A stretch of 64,000 nucleotides of DNA from an uncultured Planctomycetaceae bacterium (lineage in GTDB: Bacteria > Planctomycetota > Planctomycetia > Isosphaerales > Isosphaeraceae), in contig CAWIAD010000002.1 of the NCBI GenBank assembly GCA_963833985.1, positions 1 through 64,000 on the forward strand, given 5' to 3'. Both the position numbers and the translations under genes were made by a program. The notes beneath the pieces were generated by a model. The model did not search any database and was not told where the DNA came from. It saw nothing but the letters and a program-made list of their open reading frames with translations. Positions within the stretch are counted from its first letter, which is position 1; each line of letters begins with the position of its first letter. This document shows positions 22,901 through 31,130 of this stretch, in pieces.

Positions 22901-24297
22901 GGTATTCGGGCGTGGACGTGATCAAGGGCCCTGACGTGGACAGACCCGCGGCGGGCGATGCCCGTACGGATGGCACATCGAAGGACCGCTCCGGTAGCGT
23001 GACGATCACGAGCCAGCTTGCGGGGCCAACGGCGACCAACACGCTTGCGGTGACGGCCGGAGTGGGAAGCCTGGGCGACGTGTTTGTCTTCGGCAAGTTC
23101 ATCAGCCTGCTGGACACGCGGGTGATCGCCGGCGGGCGCTCGGCGGCCTTCGAGATCCTCAGCCGCGAGGTGATCCACGTGCAGATCCCGGCCAACGTCA
23201 TTCCGACCACCACGGAGGACGGTAAAACCTACGTCGAGATCTTCCTGTCCACGCCCAACGGCATCAGCAACAGCGTGCTCATCCCCTACAGGACAGAAGA
23301 GACCAGGACGCAAGAGTCGGCGAGCGCCTATGACCTCGCCAGGAAGAGCCAGTCCCTTGACATCTTTTACCAGTGGCTGGGTGGCAACCTGGTGGCGACA
23401 TTCGACCCGGCCAGGGACCAGAAGCTGGCTGTCACCTGGGATGACCGCATCGGCCTGGCGCCCCGGCGGCTGCGCGTGCAGTTCACCTCAAGGGTCGGCG
23501 GCCAGTTCCTGGTCTTCTACGTCTCGGCCGACGGCGACAGCAAGGGCGATTACAACGTGGACCTGCAAAAGTTCACGCTGGCCCTGTTCCGGCGTTTGCA
23601 GGACATCCTCGCCGCACCCACCGCCATTCCCTCGCCGCTGGAGTTCACGGTGACCGTTCAGCCGTACGTTCCCCAGGAGGCCGAGAACGTCCGCGTCCGG
23701 ATCGAGCCCAAGACGCTCAAGTCGAAACTGAAGCTGAACATGCTGCCGGTCGTGACGGGCGTGAACACCCTCCAGGGCGTGAATCCTCCCGACCTGAATA
23801 CGGGGGCATCGCTCGACCGGCCGGAGCGCGGCGAGCCCGGTCTGCGCACCAGCCGGACACGTCCGGCGAGCGATCAGGACGTCATCCGCGCGTCGCAGTC
23901 CATCTCGCTGCCCCAGGGCCTGAGCCTGCCGCAGTCCCCGGCACCACTGGCCGTGCCGGAGTTTCTGGCGCCTGGTGCCAGCAAGGAGGCCGAGCAGGTG
24001 GGCAAGCTTCTGACCGGACAGCCCCTCGACCTCGCCGCAGCGCTCCCCCGGCTCTCGGTCCCGACCGTTCCGGCGGCAGCCTCCGCTACTGGCGCCGCCG
24101 CGCCCGTCCTGACCGCCGTGACCACGTCGGGTGCACCGACGGCGACGCACCCCATCGTGGTGATGCCCGCGCCCGTGGTCGTCCTGCCGCCCAAGCCGCC
24201 AGAGGACAAGAAGCACGGCCACAGCCGAAGGCGTCCGGGCCTTCTCAAGAGTCTTGGCAATCGCCTGGGCCAGATGATGCCCCAGGGGGGCTCGTGA
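19978..24297 (+). CDS. Large hypothetical secreted protein (1439 aa) with an IPT/Ig-like segment and Pro/Ala-rich tail
   Basis: Long ORF with GC3 bias; signal peptide ending ...VPARA-Q; IPT-like GDVFVFGKFISLLDTRVIAGG segment. Confidence 0.85.
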   Translation: MVLRQLRFVMPVVAICTALNVPARAQLVTGGESLFGNLNPFHQGEPGPVSVRELCKRLDCMAEQLRDDGLVVTKQPDVFSQARLTRFRNDFDNQMSTDLGNFQLVLAARINRLDAATTTQTTALSASLSAPGTTNMSTTDPTKFIGEVSGANSPFQGGTSLFGSQIDPSKSAFGTLSTTPSTLAKGTAATALGLGVEPTVYLDEKKRFLEHLNQIRRISLGPDQNDSSGYGLYLVRLPVSITPGECTYTGHGAELSVTVEHEFTPDFLPTTFQNLVINDLVDQLGPFLYETIRSGFYEQYLKPLHDARAKQKAITIQSGRMIDGVLNGLAQEVVNAALRRPARSMFHSSIDPSAKDSLNGPIDQIARPLEEFILRQSKPLTGDPVNDQQVQDTMVARLTALADTLAKVKTGDPQGDTAAAQSLAKLRERIEAIRHGELVDAQLQPTVREDVRLVVRGFLAGKLQPGEDIYSKPLASLKTIASLDMALFRPFMEALYRTALPEDIKTLDDLLNVPQAERTAVTSVLADNNAELDKLKADRLSRLNNLNLPSVRTAKQLYPISPRDFLDFFQPENLYLLAREAKESSRVQEIRATDVRNYLRHTLEPAYTAMSQSTPRAPDQVPPLADPEFLRELGQAISERLFALPIGEEPSPLEQLDQALMAQLGISRDNIQGRAIGALCWTIAVDAVLLDEALRKDARRVFSDKGVPCEGLEGIRFYFPRDVPNEQAKKVFVDYVRLRWPIITFSLDPVTDQQNIADSFNLKRDLQLALSFAFATGQIGFNQLNTFRRQIEQSSDTIALNRTVTAFAHGNDNFGFRFTPRFQNPPNQRSNIGVIATQLISGGPGPDYQVKKSKLESGIRELTAVLLIPTFLPVMRMNVAGNWFKLTDPEHLVYHTARLMEEGRKVQGLRQAVIEMCSAQQYRGADLRVLQSKLSQLEEMLPMQSKAVQLPFENSASGFDLFSEGSTALVPELTGYSGVDVIKGPDVDRPAAGDARTDGTSKDRSGSVTITSQLAGPTATNTLAVTAGVGSLGDVFVFGKFISLLDTRVIAGGRSAAFEILSREVIHVQIPANVIPTTTEDGKTYVEIFLSTPNGISNSVLIPYRTEETRTQESASAYDLARKSQSLDIFYQWLGGNLVATFDPARDQKLAVTWDDRIGLAPRRLRVQFTSRVGGQFLVFYVSADGDSKGDYNVDLQKFTLALFRRLQDILAAPTAIPSPLEFTVTVQPYVPQEAENVRVRIEPKTLKSKLKLNMLPVVTGVNTLQGVNPPDLNTGASLDRPERGEPGLRTSRTRPASDQDVIRASQSISLPQGLSLPQSPAPLAVPEFLAPGASKEAEQVGKLLTGQPLDLAAALPRLSVPTVPAAASATGAAAPVLTAVTTSGAPTATHPIVVMPAPVVVLPPKPPEDKKHGHSRRRPGLLKSLGNRLGQMMPQGGS

Positions 24298-24349
24298 GCG
24301 CACCGGCAGGGCCGCCGGGCGCCCTGAGACCCTCACCGCAACGTTCTGC

Positions 24350-25060
24350 TCACGATCCGTCCGCTTCTCCCAGCGTCAGGACCGGTGTGAGCTTGAGCTG
24401 GCCCTTGTTCACAGCGGAGGCCGGTCCCTTCACAAGCCCGGGGACGTACTGAGCGGGGGCTTTCAGGATGGGAATCACCTTCACGGTCGCCTGTGCGTCG
24501 AGCGGCAAGTCGGCCGAACCAGGATCATAGTTCGGTGAGAGCGTGTTGTTGATCTCGCCGATCAGCTTGCTGGCCAGGTCGCTCACGTCGATCGACCATT
24601 GCCCGTTCTGAGGCACCACCGGCGTGGCCGTGGTGAACGTGCACGGCACCTTGTTGCCGCGAATGTTCAGGTTCAGGCTGGTCTGGAGCAGGATCGGGTT
24701 CTCCGGCACCGGGCCGAACGAGGGCTCCCAGTTGATCGTCACCGTCTTGGGCGCTGGAACCGCACTGGCGAGATGGACCACCCCGGTCTGCTTGTCGCGC
24801 TGGAGCCGGTACTGGAGCTTCAGCTCAGGGGTCCCCAGGGTGTACGCCGCTTGCGTCGCGGGTTGCGGGTTCGCGGGCGGATCCGATGGCGGCAGAGGCC
24901 TGGCACTGGGAGTCTGTGCCAATGCGGGAAGCGTCGCCAGCAGAAACACCGGCGCACCGAGCATCATCACACGCCCCCGCCGCAGCGTGCCTTGCCACCG
25001 TAGAAAGCGCCGTGCAGACATGGGATCAACCCCGATGGCAACAAGATACAAAGGATCCAC
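24350..25060 (-). CDS. Hypothetical secreted protein (start probably ~25021), similar to the C-terminal domain of the convergent 1439-aa protein
   Basis: Signal peptide ...FLLATLPALA-Q followed by a Pro-rich linker and a beta-rich domain. Confidence 0.72.
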   Translation of the reverse strand: MDPLYLVAIGVDPMSARRFLRWQGTLRRGRVMMLGAPVFLLATLPALAQTPSARPLPPSDPPANPQPATQAAYTLGTPELKLQYRLQRDKQTGVVHLASAVPAPKTVTINWEPSFGPVPENPILLQTSLNLNIRGNKVPCTFTTATPVVPQNGQWSIDVSDLASKLIGEINNTLSPNYDPGSADLPLDAQATVKVIPILKAPAQYVPGLVKGPASAVNKGQLKLTPVLTLGEADGS

Positions 25061-25161
25061 AATCTACGAAGAGCGGCGTGTGAGTATTGCATCGATTCAC
25101 GTCCCTGTCAATTCGCGGGATCCGCTCACGATGAGGGCACATGGGAGAGCAAGGCAAAATC

Positions 25162-25470
25162 TCATGAGCCAGCTTGCTGAGCGAGCGCCAGGGCGGACTG
25201 GAATTCGTCGCGAGCCAGAGCGCAGAGGGCCAGCAGGCGCGCGGAATCATCATCGGGGAGCAGCTCCTGGCAGCGCAGGGCGTGACCCAGGGCGAGTTCG
25301 GTCTGGCCGGCCTCGAGCGCCCGGATGCACTGGCGGCGATGCTCGTGGAGGCACGAGAAGGCGGACCAGAGCAGGCTCAGGTCGGACCGGCAACGCCGGC
25401 AGGTCGGCGACCATTCCTGCGGCGCTCCGCAGGTCGGGCATCGCATCCGGGTGGCCGCGGCACCATCCAT
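25162..25470 (-). CDS. Small zinc-ribbon plus TPR-like protein (102 aa)
   Basis: MDGAAATRMRCPTCGAPQEWSPTCRRCRSDL (two CxxC) followed by helical TPR-like sequence; starts 16 bp after the Hsp70 stop. Confidence 0.75.
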   Translation of the reverse strand: MDGAAATRMRCPTCGAPQEWSPTCRRCRSDLSLLWSAFSCLHEHRRQCIRALEAGQTELALGHALRCQELLPDDDSARLLALCALARDEFQSALALAQQAGS

Positions 25471-25486
25471 TGGCAATCTCTCCGGT

Positions 25487-27310
25487 TCACCGGTCCTCGA
25501 GGTAGAAGACGATCTCCTCGATCTCGCGGCTGATGTTGCTGATCTCCTCGACCGCGCGGCGGTCGATCGCGGAGCGCAGGCTGCCGAGCAGGGCACGAAG
25601 CTCCGTCGCGTCTTGCTCGCCGGCGGTCGGGATGATGCGTTCGGTCCTGGCGGCGAGCTGATTCGCCAGGGTGAGGGCGGTCTGCAACGCCGGGTCGAGC
25701 TTCGTGGTCGCCGCGGCCGTCCCGGCGCCCTGTCCCGTGGTGCCCGGCAACGAGAGGATGGCGGGTTCGTCGCCGCTCTCCGCATCGTCCGGGCCGGCGA
25801 TCGACTGGAAGGTCTCCTGCAAGCGGTCGATGGCGTCACTGCGCAGGCGGGATCGGAAGCGTTCCGCCGCACTGTCGATGGTGACGCGCTTGGCCAGTCC
25901 GGTGGCCTTCTCGGTTGCGGTGACCTTGAGGATGCCGCTCAGGTCGAGGTCGAAGCGGACGAGGATCTGGTTTCCAGCCGGCACCGCGGCCAGGCCTTCG
26001 ATGTAGAACTCGCCCACCAGGGTATTGAACCGGCTGTCCTCGTCCTCTCCCTGGAAGATGCAAATCTCGGCCTGCTCCTGGCGGTCCACGACAGTGGAAT
26101 AAACTTCGGTGCGGCTGGCGGGGAGGGGCGTGTTGCGGGGGATGATCGGGCAAAAGCGATGGTGCGAGCGGAAGCCGTGGAGGTCGCCGACCGCCCGGAT
26201 TCCCAGCGTGTGCGGAGTGATATCGACCAGCACCGGGCCAACCTCGATGCCGGCGATCAACCCTCCCTGGACGGCCGCCCCCATGGCCACTGCCAGGTCA
26301 GGCTCGATCTCGGAGTGCACCGGCAAGCCGAGCCGATCCTCGAGCAGCCGGTGGATCAGGGGCGTGCGGGTGGCACCCCCCACCAGGACCACCTTGCTGA
26401 TCTCGGTGGCTTGCAGCCGTGCGTCGGTGAGGGCCTCATCCAGGTTGTGCAGGGTCTTTTCGAGCAGCGGGTGGATCAGCTCTTCGTAGTCAATACGCCT
26501 GATCTCCATCTTCAGGTGCAGGGGCATGTTGTTCTTGCTGGCGATGAACTCTTCTTCGATGCTCACCACGGCCTCGAACGAGAGCCGCTTCTTGGCTTCC
26601 TCGACGGCGTGGAGCAGCCGGGCCCGGGCGGACGGCGACTCGCGGAGGTCGATCGCGTGCTGCTGCTGGAACGTGGTGCAGACGTGGTTGAGCAAGAGCT
26701 GGTCGAAGTCGTCGCCGCCAAGCTGCGTATCGCCGTGGCTGGAGAGGATCTCCACCACGCCGTTCTCGACCTCCGCCACGGAAACGTCGAACGTCCCGCC
26801 GCCCAGGTCATAAACCAGCAGCCGTTCCCGATCCCTGGGATGAGGGTCGTAGGTCAGCACGGCCGCGGTCGGCTCGTTGATGATGCGGACCACTTGCAGC
26901 CCGGCGAGCTCCCCGGCCTGGCGCGTGGCCTGCCGCTGGGTGTCGTTGAAGAACGCCGGCACGGTGATCACGGCCTTGGAGACCGCGTACCCCAGCGCCT
27001 TCTCGGCCCGGTTCTTGAGCGTCCGCAGGATGATCGCCGAGATCTCCTGCGGGCTGTAGGTCTGCGGACCGAGGCTGACGGTCGTCTCTTCCCCCATCTT
27101 GCGCTTGATCGACCGGATGGTCCGTTCCGGCGCCAGGGCGTACTGGTTGCGTGCCGGCTTGCCCACGAGCAGACGGCCCTCGCTGTCGAGCCCGACGACC
27201 GACGGGAGGATCGGATCGCCGTCTTCTTCAAGGACGACGGGCTGACCGTCGCGAATGATCGCAACCTCGCTGTTCGTGGTCCCGAGGTCGATGCCAAGAA
27301 TGGTCTCCAT
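25487..27310 (-). CDS. Hsp70 family chaperone (DnaK paralogue)
   Basis: Motifs GIDLGTT, AVITVPAFF, INEPTAA, VYDLGGGTFDVS, LGGDDFD, VLVGGATRTP and linker VLVDITPHTLG. Confidence 0.95.
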   Translation of the reverse strand: METILGIDLGTTNSEVAIIRDGQPVVLEEDGDPILPSVVGLDSEGRLLVGKPARNQYALAPERTIRSIKRKMGEETTVSLGPQTYSPQEISAIILRTLKNRAEKALGYAVSKAVITVPAFFNDTQRQATRQAGELAGLQVVRIINEPTAAVLTYDPHPRDRERLLVYDLGGGTFDVSVAEVENGVVEILSSHGDTQLGGDDFDQLLLNHVCTTFQQQHAIDLRESPSARARLLHAVEEAKKRLSFEAVVSIEEEFIASKNNMPLHLKMEIRRIDYEELIHPLLEKTLHNLDEALTDARLQATEISKVVLVGGATRTPLIHRLLEDRLGLPVHSEIEPDLAVAMGAAVQGGLIAGIEVGPVLVDITPHTLGIRAVGDLHGFRSHHRFCPIIPRNTPLPASRTEVYSTVVDRQEQAEICIFQGEDEDSRFNTLVGEFYIEGLAAVPAGNQILVRFDLDLSGILKVTATEKATGLAKRVTIDSAAERFRSRLRSDAIDRLQETFQSIAGPDDAESGDEPAILSLPGTTGQGAGTAAATTKLDPALQTALTLANQLAARTERIIPTAGEQDATELRALLGSLRSAIDRRAVEEISNISREIEEIVFYLEDR

Positions 27311-27321
27311 AAGTGGCTCTC

Positions 27322-28230
27322 CTACAGCCAGTTCTGCTCGAGTCCTTCAGCGACCGAGCCGTTGTCCGGGGCGGATTCTTCATGGGCCTCAGTGGGCCAC
27401 GCGGTCTCGGGCACCTCGTCATCCTCCTCATCGGCACTCCGCATCCGGCCGCGTACCGCCCGGACTTCGGCCAGGCGAAGGATGCGGCCATTCCAGGTGT
27501 ATCCCCGCCGCAGCTCCTCGATCACGGTGCCGGGCGGCTGGTCGGGTGCGTCGCTTGTTTCGATGACGATCATGCGCTCCGGATCGACGGGCCGGCCCAG
27601 GCAATCGACCGGCTCGATCGCCTCGGACTTGAGCACCCGGCGCACCCGGTTCTGGATCAGTTCGAACCCTTCAAGCAGCGATTCGGTCCACGCGCGGTTC
27701 TGGGCCCGGACCTCATGCTCGAGGAGTTCCTTGACCCTGCGGTGGTACGACCGCACGATCAAGCGGCGCAGCCAGGGCAGGCCCGCATGTAGCCGGTCGA
27801 CCGCTGCGGCAAGGTTGCGCGGCGCTTCTTCCAGCGCGGCGACCTGCGCCTTGTCGATCTCGCCACGGCACCTGTCCAGCGCCTCGTCAAGGGTCGCCAG
27901 CGCCAGCGCGATCGGCTTGCCGGCGGACCACGCGGCCTGTTCCTCACGGGGGCTCACCGAGCGGAAATGCTCGATCGCCTGCCGCAGCGCGGGCAGGAGC
28001 GCCTCGCTCTGCTCTTGCAGGCCGCGGGTGCTGCGGGTCTGGAGCTTGAGCTCCTGGCGCAGGGCCGTGAATTCCTCGACCAGGTCAATGAGACCGAAGG
28101 CCCGGCGCGGCGTGTCGCCGGGTGCTGGCCCGGATGGTGCGTCTGCCGGGGTCTCGGCATCCGCGCGGGTCGCCTCCAGCCAGCGGTGGAAGCGCTCCAG
28201 GGCCGAATCAATCGCGCCGGGACCATTCAT
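27322..28230 (-). CDS. GrpE-like nucleotide exchange factor (long form)
   Basis: C-terminal GRPVDPERM...PGTVIEELRRGYTWNGRILRLAEVRAV; ATGA overlap with the J-domain gene. Confidence 0.88.
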   Translation of the reverse strand: MNGPGAIDSALERFHRWLEATRADAETPADAPSGPAPGDTPRRAFGLIDLVEEFTALRQELKLQTRSTRGLQEQSEALLPALRQAIEHFRSVSPREEQAAWSAGKPIALALATLDEALDRCRGEIDKAQVAALEEAPRNLAAAVDRLHAGLPWLRRLIVRSYHRRVKELLEHEVRAQNRAWTESLLEGFELIQNRVRRVLKSEAIEPVDCLGRPVDPERMIVIETSDAPDQPPGTVIEELRRGYTWNGRILRLAEVRAVRGRMRSADEEDDEVPETAWPTEAHEESAPDNGSVAEGLEQNWL

Positions 28231-28523
28231 GAGGGATCCGCCCACGAGGCCAGAACAGAGAGGGGGAAGCGGGCCGTCTTGAGCCGGCCGCGCAACTCTT
28301 CGGCGAGGGTGTAGAGACTGTCACGCTGGGCGCGCGGGTGCAGGAGCCGGGTGTGCAGCCGGGACATCGGATCGCGCAGCGCGTCGTACGCGGCGCGGAT
28401 CTCCGCAAACCGTTCCGGAGCCTGGTCCGGCGGAAACTGCCGGACCAGCTCGAGATACCGCCCGCGGATCTCGGCCTCGTCGGCCGAGGGTGACAGGCCA
28501 AACACCTCGTGGGGATCGCTCAT
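28227..28523 (-). CDS. Small J-domain (DnaJ-like) protein with a PPD variant motif
   Basis: MSDPHEVFGLSPSADEAEIRGRYLELVRQFPPDQAPERFAEIRAAYDALRDP. Confidence 0.88.
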   Translation of the reverse strand: MSDPHEVFGLSPSADEAEIRGRYLELVRQFPPDQAPERFAEIRAAYDALRDPMSRLHTRLLHPRAQRDSLYTLAEELRGRLKTARFPLSVLASWADPS

Positions 28524-28592
28524 GAGAATCTCACAACTTCGGGTGCGCGGGCGGGAGCAGGATCCACGCCTTGAGTTCATGAAAACAGGGCG

Positions 28593-31028
28593 TCACTCGC
28601 GCTCCTGCGGACCGGACGCGGCCGCGGCTTCCTGCTGCTCAATGAGTTCCTGGATCACCCGGAAGGCATCCAGTATTTGCCGGGAATTGGTTCGGCCCGA
28701 CGATTTCGTGCCCGGCAATGGGAACGGAAAATCTAGAATCGGCTGCTGCGACATGAGCTCCGTGTGGACCGTGAGCATACGCCGGATGACGGGAAGCAAT
28801 TCCCGGTCTTCGCGTTGCGACGAGGATTCCGCGAGTTCCAGTGCATTCTCGAGATGCGCGCGCACCTTATGCGCATTGCGCCAGCCCTGGGAGTCCTGCC
28901 CCCAGCCTGTGGCGACGGCCAGATGCAGCTTGACGGCATTCGGATAGGTCTTCAGGCCGCGTTCCGCGAGCTGGCAAACCAGCTTGTGCGCCGTCTTCGT
29001 GTCCAAGAGCAGGGCGCAAACCTGCTCCAGGTCCGCGAGCCGGTAATTCAACCGGGTACTGCGGCGCAGATACTTGAGCAGCTCGGCAGTGTCGCTCTCG
29101 CGACCGTGATACGGTGCCATCGACATCCAGAACGAAGCCATGGCTCCGGCCGTCTCGCTGCGGCATTTCCGCTTCAGCTCCATCTTCCACAGGTCCAGGT
29201 AATGCTTCTGTGTGGCCCTCGTCAGCTTGTACAGGACCGACCCCACGCGGAAGACCAGCCAGAGCGGTGCTGGCTCGGGAACCAGTGTGGCCGCTGCTTG
29301 CTCGTAGCGATCCGCCGCGTCGCGCTGGCTGGCCTTGATCTCGAAAATGGCTTTCCAGGCCAGGTGGGCATACGATCGAAGGGCTCCAGGCCGGAGCTGC
29401 TCGATGGCCGCGAACTGGGCACGCCCTTCGTCCCAGCGCCGCTCCAGCGCCAGACGCCGTGCCAGTGACGTGCGGATGCGGACCTCGATCTCGATGAGAT
29501 CCTCGTCCAGCGGCTTCAGCTTGCGCGCCCTCGTGATGGAGTCGAACGCCCCGGCTACATCATCACGCTCGTACAGATCCTTCGCGAACGCGACAAGTGT
29601 CTGCGTATCATCGGGGAAAACCTCGAGGATTCGCTTTCTGGCCCGGTGGATCACCTCCTGATCGCCGGTCCGTTCACCCAGCTCGAGCAGCATGTCGTAG
29701 GTGGGACGGTACCTCGGCGCAAGCTGGAGACTGCGCTCGATGCTCTCGATCACGTCTTCCTTGGTCGAGACCATGTCGTCATCGGGGCCGGTCTCCGTGT
29801 CATCGTCATCGAAATCGAAGTCGGGGAACTCGTGATCCTCCCCGGAACCGGCGACGAGTTCCTCGAGATGGATCTCCGCGATGCGGTTCAGGACGATCGC
29901 CTGCGCCAGCGGCCGTTCCTCGGCCTTGAGTGCCTCGCATTGCCCCAGGTCGGCGACGTACCTGGTCCAGTAGCTGATGGCTCCGGCCGCGCCATGTTGT
30001 TCCCAGACCACGGCCCAGAACCGGTTCCAGCGGGGGTCGATCCCCAGCGGCGCGGCCACTTCCATGAACCGGCGGATCAGGCTGGTTCCGGAGTCGTAGT
30101 CGAGCGACGAGGCATATTCCATGAGACCCACCAGCAGGCCCGCCGTGAGCTTCTCCTCGAGCCCGGGGGCCACCGACCGGAGGCTCAGCCGCAGCCCGGT
30201 GATCCGCTTCAGCACCTCGACCCAGTTGTTCTTGCCCACCAGTCCGGCCAGCTCGGACAGCCGCGGCAGGATGGTCTCGCCGTGAACCACGCGCTCCAGC
30301 TTCTCGAAAGCGGCGGCGTCGGCAGCCTGACCCGGCTCGCTGGCGTGCAGCGTGCGCAGCCGTCTGACAATGCGCAGCGCGGCACGCTCCGGGTCCAGGC
30401 GGCTCCAGTTCGCCTCCGCCTCCTCGAGATTGTTCTTGTAAAACGCCGACAGGCCCCGCACGAAGAGCTTCCACTCGCTCACCGGGGAGCTGCGCGGGAT
30501 GTCGCGTACCAGCCCCAGCGCCTTGTCGTCGTCCCCGGCATACAGGGCGTCGATCGCCTGCCGCACCAGCGCGGCCTCGGGAACCTCGGCCGTGGCTCGT
30601 TTCGTCCGCTCGGGATGCAGGACCGCCTGATCGGCGGCCAGCAGCATCAGCCGTTCGCGCTTCGCCGGGGACGAATCCGCGCCGTCCGCGATGCGGTGTG
30701 CGTCCTGAGTCAGCCCGATCGCGACGAGAAATGCCGGCAGCTGCTCCACCAGCCGGGCATCGGTCACGCCAAAACCGAGAAGGTGCCGCGCCACCTCCAC
30801 TGCCGACTCGGGCATCTCCGCGGCCAGCAGTTGCCGTGCCCTCTGAAAATAGGCCTGCTCCAGCCGCTGGTGATTGGCGGCCGTGGGCTCGGCCTTGTGG
30901 ATCAGCTTCGCCTGCTTGACGGCTTCCTTGAACCGCTGCTTCGAAACCAGCTTCTCGAACTCGGCAACTGCCGGATTCGCTGCGGATGCCACCTCAATTC
31001 CACGCGGAGACCCACGGTTCTCGGGCAT
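28593..31028 (-). CDS. Large TPR-like helical repeat protein (811 aa)
   Basis: Long all-alpha ORF with TPR-like segments and an acidic insert (DFDFDDDDTE); first gene of the chaperone operon. Confidence 0.8.
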   Translation of the reverse strand: MPENRGSPRGIEVASAANPAVAEFEKLVSKQRFKEAVKQAKLIHKAEPTAANHQRLEQAYFQRARQLLAAEMPESAVEVARHLLGFGVTDARLVEQLPAFLVAIGLTQDAHRIADGADSSPAKRERLMLLAADQAVLHPERTKRATAEVPEAALVRQAIDALYAGDDDKALGLVRDIPRSSPVSEWKLFVRGLSAFYKNNLEEAEANWSRLDPERAALRIVRRLRTLHASEPGQAADAAAFEKLERVVHGETILPRLSELAGLVGKNNWVEVLKRITGLRLSLRSVAPGLEEKLTAGLLVGLMEYASSLDYDSGTSLIRRFMEVAAPLGIDPRWNRFWAVVWEQHGAAGAISYWTRYVADLGQCEALKAEERPLAQAIVLNRIAEIHLEELVAGSGEDHEFPDFDFDDDDTETGPDDDMVSTKEDVIESIERSLQLAPRYRPTYDMLLELGERTGDQEVIHRARKRILEVFPDDTQTLVAFAKDLYERDDVAGAFDSITRARKLKPLDEDLIEIEVRIRTSLARRLALERRWDEGRAQFAAIEQLRPGALRSYAHLAWKAIFEIKASQRDAADRYEQAAATLVPEPAPLWLVFRVGSVLYKLTRATQKHYLDLWKMELKRKCRSETAGAMASFWMSMAPYHGRESDTAELLKYLRRSTRLNYRLADLEQVCALLLDTKTAHKLVCQLAERGLKTYPNAVKLHLAVATGWGQDSQGWRNAHKVRAHLENALELAESSSQREDRELLPVIRRMLTVHTELMSQQPILDFPFPLPGTKSSGRTNSRQILDAFRVIQELIEQQEAAAASGPQERE

Positions 31029-31130
31029 TTCTGCGGTTCACCCAGGTTGAAAGACGCGAAGCCGCTGTCGAAAAAGGGAATGTACCAAGGTCTCGCCCGA
31101 ATTTCACCCTCGTCTTCGGTGCGTGACGCC

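Noticed and set aside
25325..28282. 985-aa plus-strand ORF
   Set aside because: It is the antisense shadow of Hsp70/GrpE, a familiar artefact opposite dnaK-like genes in high-GC DNA.
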